Source: Macrostomum lignano (lineage: Eukaryota). From it: a stretch of 64,000 nt of DNA. The stretch is taken from NCBI GenBank assembly GCA_002269645.1, contig NIVC01003020.1, positions 1 through 64,000 on the forward strand. The letters are read 5' to 3'. Positions 60,620 to 64,000 of the stretch are shown piece after piece (within the stretch, counting starts at the first letter, position 1; each line of letters starts with the position of its first letter). The notes under the pieces were generated by a model that worked only from the letters and a program-made list of their open reading frames with translations, did not search any database and was not told the origin of the DNA. The translations under genes and the position numbers were made by a program.

Positions 60620-63600
60620 CTAGCGATTTCCAGCGCCATCACCAACCGAGGAAGTGACGGTTCCATGCGTACATGGCAGTTTCGTGTGGGCACGTTGATG
60701 TAAGAGTAGACTGTTCCGAGTATTAAACTGCATGGGACACTGGTCGCAACAAAACTTGAGTGCTGCGACAGCCTGAAGCCCCAAGCCGGTGTGCACAAGA
60801 TTGACACGGTCACCAACGGTCTCGCGGCCGCGTTGCCGACATCGAATACTGTGAACGCGCAGGTCCTCAGGCTTACTGAAAACGGCGTTACAAAAGTCAC
60901 ACTCGTGTAGTGGCTCATCGTCATCAAGCAGCATTGCCGCAACTTGTTCGTCACCAGCGGAGGTTGGATGGCATCTTGTCTCAGCTGGGTCTGCTAAACA
61001 ATAGTGGCGAGCAAGGTGACACGGCATCTTAAACTCACGACCACAGTTCTGGCAACTGACTCGAGCACTGGTATGGACTACATTGTGCTTCAGAAGGTTG
61101 GCTTGTGATGAAAACTCTTTGCCACACATTCCACATTGAAACTTTTGTTGCCGTTCAGCTGAAGCGTCCGACACAGGAGCGTAGCGGCTCGACTGGTGCC
61201 GACTTTGGGTGGCATGGAACTCCGAAATATGCACGAGAAGAGACTCCTTGAAATTGAAATGCTGACCACACATAAAGCACTTATTATAAGAAACTGCATG
61301 CGATGAAGTCTTGCAGAACTTCATATGGTTGGCAATAAGAGGGTGGTTGCTAAATGTGCTCATGCAGAACTTGCACCTGTAAACGACTTCTCGCCGTTCA
61401 TTCAATTCCTAAAATTATAGAATATTTTTAATACGATAAATGTTGCACAAAATAGGAATAACTCGTTTAGTACAGTATGTCATTCAGCTCACCTTAAATC
61501 GTTCATAATTATCGAAATCATCTCTATCTTGTAGGAAACTTTTTGTTGTTTCTTGATGCTTAGAGGCGAAGAAATGTCCACAGCTCAACATGTGGGCTTT
61601 TGCGACACTCTCGTCTTGAAATCGCATGGCACAATAGCAACAGGGAAACCACTCCTTTGTGGGATCAGGAAAGTTTAGATCGCGTGGAGCCTCGTAATTT
61701 CGCAAATCAGTCGCATCAATTAAGGCTTGGTAATTGTGCATAGATCTTGTTTTATTTATAGAATGCAAGACTTGTTCCAAGCCGCTCAAAACAGTGGAAG
61801 TGCGGAAATTTAATTCGACTGCCGGCCTATTCCATTTCCAATTACATTTGGATGAAGCTGGAACGGGATTCGCCCGCGACTCGCCGACGAGTGCACTACC
61901 ATTCAGAAGGCTATAGGATCCTTCGGCATGGCTGATTCTTCTTGGGACATCCAGCAAAAAGTTTTGGGTGTCAGTATGCGCAATCTGATGGCTCGAATCA
62001 CTACTCGATGTGCTCTTTGCTGCGTCGCTTTCTATAGATTTGTGACGAGGATGAGCGAAAGCACTGAATTTACTAACATCAGTCTCGGTATATCCACCAG
62101 GAGCACAATTGTCAAACGTTGATAATGCATTCTGGGACAATTCAAGCATGTGATAGCGATAATGTTGTCCGAGACTGAGCCATGTCATGAAGTGGGTGTG
62201 GCACATATCGCAAACATAGTGACAGATACCAAACCCAGCACCTGAAGGCTCTAAAGACCCGTTCATGGATCGTTGCTCGTGGAATACAACTCGCATAATA
62301 AACAACTTACGTAGCTCATCACAGTCAAAATGATCAATTACAAAGTGTTCTATCAGCTTGGCAGTTGTATCAAAGGCTCCATCGCAGAGATGACAAACAC
62401 AAAAACTTTTTCTTAGTTCAGTGGAATCGGATTTAGCGGAGTCAAAGAGAACTTTTTGACTTGCAGCGTAACAAACAGAGCCATCGAAAGAAAATTTTTT
62501 CTGATGCGATTCAGCCAATTGCAATTCGGTACCGGTAGCATCCATTGATCGATTCATTAAAACTGATGATGAGGTGAGCTCAGATGCTGGAGCGTCAATA
62601 ATTCTGCCGACCTCTGACGGTTCATGATGCTGATCAGCTTCTGCAGACTCGAAACTAATCTGGAGGGGAATGAAACGTAACGGAACGCTGCCGTACTTCC
62701 CAGCTTTCCACTCACGGTACTGCTTTTTATGAAAGTAGATGCAATGCTTTCCCATGCCCTTCGAAAAAATACGCTCGCCACAAAAAGGACACGGTACTCG
62801 TGTGGCCTCTTTCTTGCGACCCGTTGTAGAAACAAAGACGGGTTTCTTCGATTCTCGACGAATGAAGGACTTTGGCTTAGTAAAACTTTGATGTACAGAG
62901 CTTGGACTCTTGGAAAGTACAGAGTTCAATGAGAAAATTGAGACTCGACCATACTTTCCTTCTTTCCAGTCATTGTACTCTTTTAGATGGTAAATTGAGC
63001 AGTGGTTTGTTATTCCTTCGGCACTGATTTGCTTACCACAAATAGGACACGGAAGTGACGAAGAGGGAACTACCCTGTGAGTTTTGTCGGCTTCTGCTTT
63101 GACTGACATATTCCAATCAATCCTTTGAGCTAAAATTTGAGGAAAGCATCTTAACTGCTTTTCGGTTGACAGCGAACTCGAGGAAACACCGCGCGGAATT
63201 TCTTTAAGTAGCATAGCCCCATCAAGAGCTTGAAGGACTGAAACGGCGACGTCAGAGTCAGGGGGTACGAAGCGAAGTTGGATCTGGCCGTATTTGCCGC
63301 TCTTCCAATCCGCGAAACCATGTGCGTGATGATTGACACAATGCTTTGCAAGACCTTTAATCGTTGTCTTGTGTGTAATGCAGAATGAACAGTTAATGTC
63401 TAACGGATCTTCGTTGGAATTGAATTCAAACACTCCGTCTTCGTTAATAAAGAAGGGAGCAGTGTTTGCTAACTGAGTTTTCAACTTGGATATTTTCCCC
63501 CTACTCCTAAATCTAGTAAACAGTCGATCTACGCGAGCAAGTTGCTGCTTTATTTGCAGTCGATCGTCAAACACGTCCTCAATGGGCGGTTGATGGTGCA

Positions 63601-63973
63601 GATCTGCAGCGGCGCCCCCTCTTCCGTCTAGAGGCGTAGAAAACGGTGACTCGTGAACGCATTGACGGGAACATCTTTTCGAATAAAAATCAGCAATTTT
63701 TTCTTTCGTCAGAGAAGTAAAAGCAATAGAGTCGCCGAGAAAACCTTCTTTAAAAGCAGCATAAAGCTCCGAATGAAAGCGCATGAAGTGCTGTTCAGCA
63801 TCTTGCTCCTCGCGTAGAAAAGCGTTGCACTCGAGACAGATAGTAGAATCAGCACTTGGTTGATCCGCGTCTTCAATATTAGCAGAGACGTTCGTTCTTG
63901 AAGCTTGACCAACCCCTTCGCGATCTTGTAAATTCGCTTTAGAAGGAACCTTTCTCACCATTCGCGCTGACAT
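60620..63973 (-). CDS. Multi-C2H2 zinc-finger protein; exons 63973-61493 and 61408-60620; about 1089 aa
   Basis: The ORF track labels 60620-61405 as +, but that peptide reads on the minus strand (CTA at 60620 = TAG). Donor AAG|GTGAGC and acceptor TTTTAG|GAA give an 84-nt phase-0 intron. Classical fingers such as FQCGMCGKEFSSQANLLKHNVVH and CDQCPMQFNTRNSLLLHQRAH are present. Confidence 0.85.
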
Positions 63974-64000
63974 TTCTTTGCCAGGTACCGATTGGGAAAT

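Noticed and set aside
60620-61405. Plus-strand zinc-finger ORF as labelled in the track
   Set aside because: The listed peptide is encoded on the minus strand and is exon 2 of the 61484-63973 gene.

Overview
Eukaryotic (animal) genomic DNA. Very GC-rich, Ala/Gln/Ser-rich exons, introns filled with minisatellites and AG acceptors just upstream of nearly every start codon suggest a free-living flatworm such as Macrostomum; this is inference, not a database result. Reconstructed genes: an AJM1-like MYND-finger protein (one probable assembly frameshift), a 105-aa secreted Cys-rich orphan, a helicase-only Twinkle, a TRMT9B/Trm9-like methyltransferase, dynein light chain LC8, an NPAS4/dysfusion-like bHLH-PAS factor, CCT8, POC1, a 4-exon orphan, ALKBH3 with an RS/Pro-rich N-terminal extension and PAM2 motif, two tandem CLCC1-like genes, and a ~1090-aa C2H2 zinc-finger gene. 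A ~16-kb AT-rich, CpG-poor island (~26.9-42.6 kb) holds nested mobile elements. A full-length but decayed Chapaev transposon (322-bp TIRs, CAC...GTG ends, 4-bp TSD) sits inside a Penelope-like retroelement, and a 5'-truncated RNase H-bearing LINE with a 13-bp TSD lies just beyond the island. Main leads: (i) three conserved ORFs with no in-frame ATG that open at phase-0 AG acceptors, as expected if the flatworm spliced leader donates the AUG, possibly in operons; (ii) a Twinkle lacking its primase-like half; (iii) an ALKBH3 carrying a PABP-binding PAM2 motif. Splice models were read by eye and need transcript confirmation.
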